Shown piece after piece: positions 42,798-52,500 of a DNA stretch of 64,000 nt (positions are counted from its first letter, which is position 1; each line of letters starts with the position of its first letter). Below the pieces are notes generated by a model. The model ran no database searches, was not told the DNA's origin, and worked only from the letters and a program-made list of their open reading frames with translations. Source of the DNA: Congzhengia sp. (GTDB lineage Bacteria; Bacillota; Clostridia; UBA1381; UBA9506). The DNA is taken from contig JAZNOF010000009.1 of assembly GCA_045580665.1 (NCBI GenBank), forward strand, positions 1,971 to 65,970. The letters are read 5' to 3'. A program made the translations under genes and the position numbers.

Positions 42798-43934
42798 TTA
42801 TTTTACATATAAAGGCGAAGTGGTGAAATCCTTTCCGCCTGTTTTTTCGCAAGTTAAAAGTGAGTAAATATCTGTTGCCAAGATGTCTTTTTTCAGCATT
42901 TTTACAAGGTGGGGATTTTCGTTATTTATAAAGTCGGCGACCTTTGTAATAACGGGAATAGAAGAATTTTGTTTTATCTCTTTTATGATTTTTGTTCCAA
43001 CATCGTTAAATGCCAAAACCCGTGCGTACTGGGGTTTCATTTCTGTGTCGGAATCTGTTATGCCCAAAAGAGCATTCACAATAATTCTGTCGATGCGGGT
43101 TTTTGTATAGCGTTTAGTTTTAACTGCCTCTGACAAAGCGTTATACCCGAATGTTTCCTTTGCCCACTTTATAAATCTATTTTCCAAGCCTTCAGCTACA
43201 TCCGCGATTGTTTTTAAATGGTCGGTTGTTTCATTTTTAAAGTGGTAGGAAACGATGGTGTCAAAAGCGTTTTTATCATAAGCCTTTGCGCCCGCATCCA
43301 TGGGAACAAAAGGCAAAATGTCTTCGTTGTTTAAAATTTTTTCTCTTATTTCTGATGCCGAAATAAAATCAAAATTTCTTGTGATTGTTTTAGGTTCGAT
43401 TTTGCTTTTTAAAGTTTTTAAGCTGTTTAAATATTCTAAAGCTAAAATGTTATTGGGGAGGGAAAGCAGGCTTTCATCAAAATCGGTGTAGTATTTTTTT
43501 AAAACCTTTGATCTTGCAGAAGGGTAGGAAAGTCCGCTCTTCATCTCTAAATTGACTAATTCTTTGAATTTTTCTGAGAAAATAATTTTTTGTGTTTCAT
43601 AGAGCTTTTCTAAATTTCCACATTCACTACCAAAGGATAGAAAATTAACGCATCCTAAGGCGTTAAGAAGTGAAACTGCACCGTGAGCAAAACGCATTGC
43701 GGATTGAGCAGAGTAAACAACGGGTAATTCCAAAACTAAATCAGCACCGCACATAATAGCAGTTTTTGCCCTATGCCACTTGTCATAAATTGCAGGTGCA
43801 CCGCGCTGAACAAAATTTCCGCTCATTAAACAAACAATTCCATCAGCGCAGAACTCTTTTTTGTGAGTTTTCAGCTGATATTCGTGTCCCTTGTGAAATG
43901 GATTATATTCACAAATTACTCCCATTATAGTCAA
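42798..43934 (-). CDS. tmcAL: tRNA(Met) cytidine acetate ligase (HIGH nucleotidyltransferase)
   Basis: EYNPFHKGH, MSGNFVQRG, FGSE, PNNILALEY, SASEIR, EGLENR; TTG start with GGAGG. Confidence 0.88.
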   Translation of the reverse strand: MTIMGVICEYNPFHKGHEYQLKTHKKEFCADGIVCLMSGNFVQRGAPAIYDKWHRAKTAIMCGADLVLELPVVYSAQSAMRFAHGAVSLLNALGCVNFLSFGSECGNLEKLYETQKIIFSEKFKELVNLEMKSGLSYPSARSKVLKKYYTDFDESLLSLPNNILALEYLNSLKTLKSKIEPKTITRNFDFISASEIREKILNNEDILPFVPMDAGAKAYDKNAFDTIVSYHFKNETTDHLKTIADVAEGLENRFIKWAKETFGYNALSEAVKTKRYTKTRIDRIIVNALLGITDSDTEMKPQYARVLAFNDVGTKIIKEIKQNSSIPVITKVADFINNENPHLVKMLKKDILATDIYSLLTCEKTGGKDFTTSPLYVK

Positions 43935-43958
43935 ACGCAGTCACCTCCCTGATAAAAT

Positions 43959-43986
43959 AAAGGGGCTGTATTTAACAGCCCCCTTT
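43959..43986 (-). terminator. rpsB-tsf terminator
   Basis: ggggctgt...acagcccc stem with minus-strand U-rich tail. Confidence 0.65.
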
Positions 43987-44004
43987 AATATTTGTTTTTT
44001 GAAA

Positions 44005-44916
44005 TTACTTAACCATGTTTGCGATTTCTTCAGCAAAGTTATCTTCTTTCTTTTCGATACCTTCACCTTTTTCGAATCTTGCAAACTTGTCAATTTTAAT
44101 TTCAGTTCCGATTTTGTCAGCAATAGCCTTTGTGTAAGCTGTAACTGTTAAATCGCCGTCTTTAATGAACTGCTGGTCAACCAAGCAGATTTCCTTAAAG
44201 TATTTGTTGATTCTTCCTGCAACCATTTTTTCGGCGATGTTCTGGGGTTTGCCCTCGTTCATAGCCTGTGCAGTTAAGATTTCTGTTTCTTTTGCAACAA
44301 CATCAGCAGGAACGCTTGCACGGTCTAAATATGTGGGGTTAGCAGCAGCAACCTGCATAGCAACGTCGTGAGCGAATTCTTTGAATTCAGGGGTGTCAGC
44401 TTTAGAGTTATCAGCTAATGTGAAAGCAACCATAACACCGATTTTACCGCCGCCGTGGATGTAGGTTTCAACTGTTCCTTCATATCTTTCAAATCTTCTA
44501 ACTGTAATGTTTTCACCGATTGTAGCAATTTTGTTAACTAACATAGCGCTGATTGTTTCATCGCCGTTAACAAATGTGCTGTTTAAGAGAGCGTCAACAT
44601 CAGCGGGTGATGTTTCTTTAATCTGAGTAGCAACGTCAGATACGAACTGCTGGGAATCAGCGTTTTTAGCAACGTAGTCTGTTTCAGAGTTAACTTCTAA
44701 AAGAACCCCAATGCCATCTGTTACGTCAGCGTAAACAACACCGTCAGCAGCAATTCTGCCTGATTTTTTCTCAGCGGTTGCTAAGCCTTTTTCTCTTAAA
44801 AATTCAATAGCTTTATCTTTATCGCCGTCTGTTTCTGTAAGAGCCTTTTTACAGTCCATCATACCGCAGCCTGTAATTTCTCTTAAAGCTTTAACGTCAG
44901 CAGCTGTGAATGCCAT
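44005..44916 (-). CDS. tsf: Elongation factor Ts
   Basis: LREITGCGMMDCKKAL, EVNSETD, MQVAA, RFEKGEG. Confidence 0.98.
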   Translation of the reverse strand: MAFTAADVKALREITGCGMMDCKKALTETDGDKDKAIEFLREKGLATAEKKSGRIAADGVVYADVTDGIGVLLEVNSETDYVAKNADSQQFVSDVATQIKETSPADVDALLNSTFVNGDETISAMLVNKIATIGENITVRRFERYEGTVETYIHGGGKIGVMVAFTLADNSKADTPEFKEFAHDVAMQVAAANPTYLDRASVPADVVAKETEILTAQAMNEGKPQNIAEKMVAGRINKYFKEICLVDQQFIKDGDLTVTAYTKAIADKIGTEIKIDKFARFEKGEGIEKKEDNFAEEIANMVK

Positions 44917-44935
44917 TTATATTTCCTCCAATCAA

Positions 44936-45670
44936 TTACTCGTTAATTTCTTCAGCTTCTTCTGCAACTTCTGCAGGAGCAGCGTCTGTTCCCTGGTTAC
45001 CTTCAATGATTGCGTTAGCAATTGTAGAAGCAATAAGTTTAACGGCGCGGATAGCGTCGTCGTTACCGGGAATTACATAGTCAACATCTTCGGGGTCGCA
45101 GTTTGTGTCAACAATAGCAACAACGGGGATGCCGAGTTTTTTAGCTTCTTCGATAGCGATTTTTTCTTTTCTGGGGTCAACAACGAAGAGAGCACCAGGA
45201 AGTTTTTTCATATCTTTAATACCGCCGAGATATTTTTCGAGCTTATCTCTTTCAGCTTTTAAGTTTGTAACTTCCTTTTTGGGAAGAAGGTCAAATGTTC
45301 CATCTTCTTCCATTTTGTTGAGCTGTTCTAATCTTTCGATTCTCTTTTTGATTGTTTTGAAGTTTGTGAGCATACCACCGAGCCATCTTGCGTTAACCCA
45401 GTACATACCTACTCTTTCAGCTTCTTCTTTGATAGAGTCCTGAGCCTGTTTTTTTGTTCCTACGAAAAGAACTTCTTTGCCAGATTCAGCAACTTCCTTT
45501 ACGAAAGCGTAAGCTTCCTCGATTTTTTTTACGGTTTTCTGCAAATCGATGATGTAGATACCGTTTCTTTCCGTGAAGATGTACTCAGCCATTTTGGGGT
45601 TCCATCTTCTTGTCTGATGTCCGAAATGGACGCCTGCTTCAAGCAGTTGTTTCATTGAAATTACTGACAT
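44936..45670 (-). CDS. rpsB: 30S ribosomal protein S2
   Basis: [33 protein letters not shown]. Confidence 0.99.
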   Translation of the reverse strand: MSVISMKQLLEAGVHFGHQTRRWNPKMAEYIFTERNGIYIIDLQKTVKKIEEAYAFVKEVAESGKEVLFVGTKKQAQDSIKEEAERVGMYWVNARWLGGMLTNFKTIKKRIERLEQLNKMEEDGTFDLLPKKEVTNLKAERDKLEKYLGGIKDMKKLPGALFVVDPRKEKIAIEEAKKLGIPVVAIVDTNCDPEDVDYVIPGNDDAIRAVKLIASTIANAIIEGNQGTDAAPAEVAEEAEEINE

Positions 45671-45679
45671 TTAAGTCAC

Positions 45680-45772
45680 CTCCGGTTTTATTTGCAATCC
45701 TCCACACAAGTCATATTCTACAGGAACCAAATGCTTGGCACCGCCTGCAAAATCATTGCGTGTGCGTATTTT
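45680..45772 (-). ncRNA. rpsB (S2) 5' leader, autoregulatory structure
   Basis: Minus strand GCACAC...GGUG...GUGUGGAGG pattern of S2 leaders; TTGCAT-17 bp-TATAGT promoter at 45810-45782. Confidence 0.7.
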
Positions 45773-45861
45773 TGCTCTAATACTATACCACATAAAAAAG
45801 AATAATGCAAGCCTTTTTTTTAATTTTTTTTGTCCTTTTGTCAATTTTTTTTTATTTGCAG

Positions 45862-45890
45862 TTGTCAAAGCCAAAAAGGTATGCTATAAT
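45862..45890 (+). promoter_or_regulatory. Sigma-A promoter of the oxidoreductase pair
   Basis: TTGTCA-17 bp-TATAAT with TGn. Confidence 0.72.
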
Positions 45891-45933
45891 TAGTTAAAAT
45901 TTTTTGAATTTATTATGACAAGGAGATAAAGGT

Positions 45934-47226
45934 ATGAAACAGTTATCGCTTATTTTAATCGGCGGCGGCGACCGCGGAAGCAGCTATTTAAAGTATTTGC
46001 TTGAAAACCCTGAAAAATTCAAGCTCGTAGGTTTAGCTGAACCCGTTAAAGAGAAAAGAGAGTATTTAAGGGATACATATAACGTACCTCATGATATGTG
46101 CTTTGATAACTACGAACCGCTTTTGAATATGCCTAAATGTGCGGATATCTGTATGATTTGTACTCAGGACAAAATGCATTTCGACCCTGCTATGCGTGCT
46201 ATTGATAAAAAGTACGATTTGCTTTTGGAAAAGCCTATAGCACCCACGCCTGAGGAATGCTATAAAGTTGCTGAAAATGCGAACAAAAACGGCGTAAAGG
46301 TTTTGGTTTGCCATGTTTTAAGATACACGCCTTTCTATAAAGCAGTTAAAAAGTTTATTGACGAAGGTCATGTAGGCGAAATTATGAACGTTGTTCACAC
46401 AGAGGGTGTTGGTAACGTTCACTACAGCCATAGCTATGTAAGAGGAAACTGGAGAAAGCTTTCTGAATCAGCGCCCATGCTTCTTGCTAAGTGCTGCCAC
46501 GATACTGACCTTTTTCAATGGCTTATTGGTGAGCCTTGCACAAGTGTTCAGTCAATTGGTACACGTTCATACTTTACAGAGGCTAATAAGCCTGAAGGTG
46601 CACCTAAACGTTGCTTAGACGGATGTCCCCACAAGGATACCTGTTATTATTACGCGCCTGACCTTTATAAAATCGACACAGCCGAGGTTCAGCATTTCAG
46701 AGCTATTGCTGCTAAAAAGTTTAACCCCACAGATGAAGAGGTTGATGAAATCTTAAAGACATCACCTTACGGAAGATGTGTATATCAATGCGATAATGAT
46801 GTTGTTGATCACCAGATTGTAAACATTACATACGGAAAAGATAAGATGGTAACCTTAACAATGTCACCCTTTAACAAAGGCGGAAGAATTTCAACCATTA
46901 TGGGAACAAAAGGTGAGCTTCGTCTTGATATGGAAGACCAGTCAATGACATTTTATGATTTTGCAACGCGCAAAACAACAAGCGTTTATAAGCCCGACGA
47001 AGCATTAGACCAGTCTATCGCAGGCGGTCACGGCGGCGGCGACTCTGGCATTATGGGTGACCTTTACGATATGATAGCTTTGGACAAGCCATCAAACTCT
47101 ATCTCAACCGTCGACTTTTCGTGCATGAGCCATTTAATCTGTTTTGCGGCTGAAGAAGCAAGAGAAAAAGGCATTACAGTCAAAATGGATGAATATATTA
47201 ATTTGTTAGGAGATATAAAAAGATGA
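45934..47226 (+). CDS. Gfo/Idh/MocA family oxidoreductase, copy 1
   Basis: IGGGDRG Rossmann motif, LLEKP, CHVLRY, KCCHD, GHGGGD. Confidence 0.92.
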   Translation: MKQLSLILIGGGDRGSSYLKYLLENPEKFKLVGLAEPVKEKREYLRDTYNVPHDMCFDNYEPLLNMPKCADICMICTQDKMHFDPAMRAIDKKYDLLLEKPIAPTPEECYKVAENANKNGVKVLVCHVLRYTPFYKAVKKFIDEGHVGEIMNVVHTEGVGNVHYSHSYVRGNWRKLSESAPMLLAKCCHDTDLFQWLIGEPCTSVQSIGTRSYFTEANKPEGAPKRCLDGCPHKDTCYYYAPDLYKIDTAEVQHFRAIAAKKFNPTDEEVDEILKTSPYGRCVYQCDNDVVDHQIVNITYGKDKMVTLTMSPFNKGGRISTIMGTKGELRLDMEDQSMTFYDFATRKTTSVYKPDEALDQSIAGGHGGGDSGIMGDLYDMIALDKPSNSISTVDFSCMSHLICFAAEEAREKGITVKMDEYINLLGDIKR

Positions 47227-48500
47227 AACAGTTATCACTTATTTTAATCGGCGGCGGCGACCGTGGAAACAGCTACTTAAAGTCTTTGCTTGAAAACCCT
47301 GATAAGTTTAAATTGGTAGCTTTAGCCGAGCCCGTTAAAGAAAAAAGAGAATACATAAGGGATACATATAACGTACCACATGATATGTGCTTTGAAAGCT
47401 ACGAAAAGCTTTTGGATATGCCAAAGATTGCCGATGTTTGTATGATTTGTACTCAGGACAAAATGCATTTCGACCCTGCTATGCGTGCTATTGATAAAAA
47501 GTACGACTTGCTTTTGGAAAAACCTATTGCACCCACGCCTGAAGAGTGCTATAAAATTGCTGAAAACGCAAATAAAAACGGGGTTCACGTTTTAGTGTGC
47601 CACGTTTTGAGATACACACCATTTTACAAGACAGTTAAAAAGTTTATTGACGATGGAAACATGGGCGAAATTATGAATGTTGTTCATACAGAGGGTGTTG
47701 GTAATATTCATTACAGCCACAGCTTTGTAAGAGGAAACTGGAGAAAGAAATCGGAATCTGCTTCTATGATTTTAGCAAAATGCTGTCACGATACCGACCT
47801 TTTTCAATGGCTTATTGGTGAGCCTTGCACAAGCGTTCAGTCTGTTGGTACGCTTTCATATTTTACAGAGGCTAATAAGCCTGAAGGTGCACCTAAACGT
47901 TGCTTAGACGGATGCCCCCACAAGGATACCTGTTATTATTACGCACCTGACCTTTATAAAATCGACACAGCCGAGGTTCAGCATTTCAGAGCTATCGCTG
48001 CAGGAAAATTTGAGCCTACTGACGAAGAAGTTGACGAAATCTTAAAGACATCACCTTATGGAAGATGCGTATACCAGTGTGACAACGATGTTGTTGACCA
48101 TCAGATTGTTAATATTACATACGGAAAAGACAAAATGGTAACGCTCACAATGTCACCATTTAACAAAGGTGCACGTGTTTCTACTATTATGGGAACAAAG
48201 GGCGAACTGCGTCTTGATATGGAGGACCAGTCGATAGTATTTTACGACTTTGCCACAAGACAAACAAAACAACTTTATACCCCTGATGCAGAATTTGACC
48301 AGTCTATTGCAGGCGGTCATGGCGGCGGCGACTCAGGTATTATGGCTGACCTTTACGATTTGATTGTATTAGGTAAACCCTCGAACTCTATTTCAAACGT
48401 TGATTTTTCTTGCATGAGCCACTTAATCTGCTTTGCGGCAGAAGAGGCAAGGGAAAAGGGCGTTACAATCAAAATGGACGAATATATTAAGACACTTTAA
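47223..48500 (+). CDS. Gfo/Idh/MocA family oxidoreductase, copy 2
   Basis: Same motifs; close paralog of copy 1; ATGA overlap. Confidence 0.92.
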   Translation: MKQLSLILIGGGDRGNSYLKSLLENPDKFKLVALAEPVKEKREYIRDTYNVPHDMCFESYEKLLDMPKIADVCMICTQDKMHFDPAMRAIDKKYDLLLEKPIAPTPEECYKIAENANKNGVHVLVCHVLRYTPFYKTVKKFIDDGNMGEIMNVVHTEGVGNIHYSHSFVRGNWRKKSESASMILAKCCHDTDLFQWLIGEPCTSVQSVGTLSYFTEANKPEGAPKRCLDGCPHKDTCYYYAPDLYKIDTAEVQHFRAIAAGKFEPTDEEVDEILKTSPYGRCVYQCDNDVVDHQIVNITYGKDKMVTLTMSPFNKGARVSTIMGTKGELRLDMEDQSIVFYDFATRQTKQLYTPDAEFDQSIAGGHGGGDSGIMADLYDLIVLGKPSNSISNVDFSCMSHLICFAAEEAREKGVTIKMDEYIKTL

Positions 48501-48511
48501 TATTAAGACAC

Positions 48512-48548
48512 AAAAAATGACAGAAACCTTCGTTTCTGTCATTTTTTT
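48512..48548. terminator. Bidirectional terminator
   Basis: aaaaaatgacagaaac-cttc-gtttctgtcatttttt. Confidence 0.8.
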
Positions 48549-49348
48549 GCGTTTGAATGTTTTTCACGATATTCTAAAGGCGTTAAGCCTGTTTCTTCTC
48601 TAAACACTTTTCCAAAATAACTGGGGCTTTCAAAGCCACAGAATATTCCGATGTCTGAGGCAGAGTGGTTTGTGGCTTTTAGCATATCCTTGGCTTTTAA
48701 AACTCTTATGTACTTTAGCTGATTTGTAATGCTTTCTAAATTTTTCTTCTTTAAATATCTGTATAGAGAATATTTTGACATTCTTACTTCTTTGGCAACA
48801 TCATCAATCGTTACATTCTTGTTATAGTTGTTGTTGAGATACTTTTCAATTAACGCCGGAATATTTCTTTCCTGGCGGTTTATGTTTTCAAGTATTTCAA
48901 CTATAAAATAGTAACAGGAAGCTGCGCGTTGTGCTTCAGAACCACCGTTTTCGCAAACTGTGATAACATCATCATAATGCTTTTGTATTGAAGAAGAAAA
49001 TCTAAAAACTTTATAGCCGGCTATGCCGTATAAATCAAGCAACTCATCACCACCCATAAAAGCTATCCACGAGGTTGAAAAAGGTGCTTCTGGATTGGCA
49101 TTTTTATAGCTGCACTTAAAATTAGAACGCATAAGTATGCCGCATCCTTCAGACAAAGTGATGTTTTCTCCCTTTACATTGTAAATTCCCGAGCCTTTTG
49201 TTATCCAGTGGAATTCGTTCCAAATATGCCCATCACGGGTAATTGCGGGCTGATTTACATAATGACCGATTGACATGGGGAATACAGGATACGGAAAGTG
49301 CGAATTATGTGGCCAATACATGTAATTGGAATATGGTGCAATATTCAT
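48539..49348 (-). CDS. AraC family transcriptional regulator, copy 1
   Basis: Cupin-like N-terminus (EFHWITKGSG), HTH with CGFESPSYFGKVFREETGLTPLEYR. Confidence 0.93.
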   Translation of the reverse strand: MNIAPYSNYMYWPHNSHFPYPVFPMSIGHYVNQPAITRDGHIWNEFHWITKGSGIYNVKGENITLSEGCGILMRSNFKCSYKNANPEAPFSTSWIAFMGGDELLDLYGIAGYKVFRFSSSIQKHYDDVITVCENGGSEAQRAASCYYFIVEILENINRQERNIPALIEKYLNNNYNKNVTIDDVAKEVRMSKYSLYRYLKKKNLESITNQLKYIRVLKAKDMLKATNHSASDIGIFCGFESPSYFGKVFREETGLTPLEYREKHSNAKK

Positions 49349-49387
49349 AATTTTTCCTCCGAAAAATAAATATGTAGCGCTATTATT

Positions 49388-49416
49388 TTTATATCATATA
49401 CAAACTAAAAAGTAAA
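49388..49416 (-). promoter_or_regulatory. Promoter of AraC copy 1
   Basis: TTTACT-17 bp-TATAAA with TGn; same architecture at copy 2. Confidence 0.6.
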
Positions 49417-49552
49417 GAAAAATCTAACAAAAAATCAAAAAAAGGTAAAAATATGCAAGATTTTTTATATGATTATTGGTTGACTTTAATATTTTTTTTA
49501 TGTTAATCTTAAGATGTGGTAAAAAATCTTTATATAAATAGGAGGAAGAAGA

Positions 49553-52500
49553 ATGAAAAAAATCATATCAATTTGCCTTTCGGTGTTCATGATTTTAAGC
49601 ACATTGCCTTTTGTGGCAGCAGCAGATGCATGGACAGGAACAGGCGGCGAGAATGTAGAATTCTCATTTGGTCTTATAAGTGACGTTCATGATGAATATG
49701 AAACCCTTAACTTAGACCAGTCAGTTAATGCAGCCCTTGATTTGGGTGCACAGTTTATCGCCTTTAACGGTGATATTACTAGCATAAAAACCGGCGATGG
49801 TACAACCTTAGAAAGCTATGATAAATACTATGAGCTAGTTAAACCGGTATATGATGATTTAAAAGAAAAAGGAATCGAATATTCTGCTAACATGGGTAAC
49901 CATGAGTTTGCAGGCACCGGCTCTGCATCTGATAACGAGTTTGCAAAGCAGGCTTTTGAAAACTATGTTGGCCCCACACAAAGTCACGTTGTTTCAGAAC
50001 AGGGCTTCCATTTTATTTCAGTCAGCCCCGAAAGCTATAAAAATGATTTCAGCTCAGCATCAGTTGATTATATGATTGCTGAAACTGAAAAAGCTATCGC
50101 TGCAGACAGTACAAATGATGTTGATGGCGTTTTTGCAGAAGGCGTGGTTCCTAACAGTACAAAACCCGTATTCGTTCTTGCACACTGGAAAAACAGCACA
50201 CTTAACAGATTTTTGGAATATGCAAAAACAAGACCTCAGATTATCTTTACATACGGTCATTTCCACACAGCTGTTGAATATCCTGCAAACATCCAGCAGG
50301 ACGGATACACCTCTTATATGAGCCCTGTATCATACGGTAATGCAAATATGTATGGTAAAATGTCTATCAGCCCTCATCAGTCAACTCATGTTGAAGTTGA
50401 AACAGGTGAAAAAGGCTCAGTTGTTAAATTATATAAACTCTCATTAGACAAAAAAGAATTTATCGGCGAGCCCTGGGTGATTGATATCGGCGCTATCGTT
50501 TCTGATTTAACAGATGAAGATACAACAAATGATTTAAACAACTACTTATATTCTGCCGATAAACGTGCTAACCCCTCACTTCCTTACTTTGCGGAAGGGG
50601 CAACCTTACAGGCTCAGCCTGTGTTCACATCAGCAAAGCTTATCTTCCCGAAAGCTTTAATAGATGAAACACCGAACCAGCAGGACGATTTCATTTTTGC
50701 ATATATTGTAGAAGTTTATGACGAAAACGATACAAAGGTTTACACAAAAACAATTTACCCCGAATTTGTAAACAATGTAACACCTGCATCAAGCTATTCT
50801 CAGATTGTAACAGGCTTAGAAGAGGGAACAACCTATACAGCGAAGGTAATTCCTGTAAGTGCCTTGAGTAACGTACAAAACGGCTCAACAATGCCTGCAG
50901 ACCTTCCTAAAGGCGAGCCCTTAACAGTAACATTCTCAACAGTTGAAGATACTTTAGGAACAGAAACCAAAACAGAAGAAACAATAAAAGTTGATGAAAA
51001 AACAGTTATTGAATACGAAGCTTGGAAATCAAAGGTTCCGAAGCACACAATGACCGAACTTTACGGTACAAGCGGAAGCAGAATTATATACAACACAGGC
51101 GGTAAAATTAATGGCGTTGCAGAACCATTTACATTCAGCATTCCTGTAAACGTTGAAAAAGCAGGTACATATAAGGTTGAATATGTTGCTGCCGTAGGCT
51201 CAGATGCTGGATATTATGCAGGTAATGTACAGTTTGCAATGGAGAAAAACGGTGCAATCGGCGATACATATAATTCAACAGGTACAAGCTTAGGAATAAC
51301 CGCTTGGGAACACCACGTATTAAAGAAATTTACAAAAACTGTTACCTTAAAAGCAGGAACAGATAACTTACAAACAACAATTAACTTAGGTGCAGGCAAT
51401 CAGCATCTTTTCGAGCTTGACTATATAAGCTTTGAATGTGTTGAAGTTTTTGAAATAAAACTTGATTCTGCCGCAACAATCGAATTTGAAGATTATCCCG
51501 ACTACGCAATCTTAGAAGATAGCAAAACAACTCCTGCGTCGCTTGCAACATTAGAAGATGCAGATGCGTATTCAAATGGTAAAGCATACAGCGTTACAGA
51601 CGAAGCTGAAAACTTTGACGTTTCACTTCCCTTAGCAGTTCAGAAAACAGGTAAATTCGATATCGAATATAAAGCATCAAAAGGCGCAGTTCTTTACATT
51701 ACAGATGCAAACGGCGAAACTGTTAAAACAATCGACACCTCAAGCTATGAGGGTGAAGACGCTATTGCAACAATAACAGAAAATAATGTTATTTTAGAGG
51801 CAGGCGACTACACAGTTTCTGCTAAGATTTTAGCAACAGACGGCGTTGCAACAGGTATTTTAGACAGCGTTAAATTCACAAAAACAGCTTACTATAACCC
51901 TGTAACCTATGATAAACCTGTTATTTTAGAGGCAGAGGATTTCAGAGAAATCTATAGAACAGATAAATCAGGAACAGTATCAACATATTCATTACCTGAC
52001 TCAACCATTAAGACAGCAACCTTGGCATACAGCGGTGATGGATATGTACAATATAATGCTTATGGTTATTCTAACGCATACAGCGCGATTGAAATTGATG
52101 TTAAAACGGGAGGTAAATATACATTAGAGTACTATGTAAGAAACTGGAACTGGAACTCAAACAATTATGTGTATATAACACTTGACAATGCAACCTATGC
52201 AATGAACAGAACAAGTGACACATGGACCGACTTTGGAAGATACAGTATATCAGTAACCTTAACCGAAGGAACTCATACAGTAGGCTACAAGGCTATTGTT
52301 AATCAGTCGGGAACAAACTGCTACTTTGCTTATGACTATATTAAAGTAACACCGGCTTATGCTGATATTTCCGCAACAGAAAAAACAGTTATTCAGGGTG
52401 AAGATATGCACACCGTCAGCGGAACATCAACAAAGCTTTATACAATTGCATCAGACACAGCTTGTGACGGCGGCAGATACCTTAATTATAATGTGGCTCA

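Noticed and set aside
45671-45874. 67-aa ORF upstream of rpsB
   Set aside because: It spans the rpsB promoter and structured leader; better explained as regulatory RNA.
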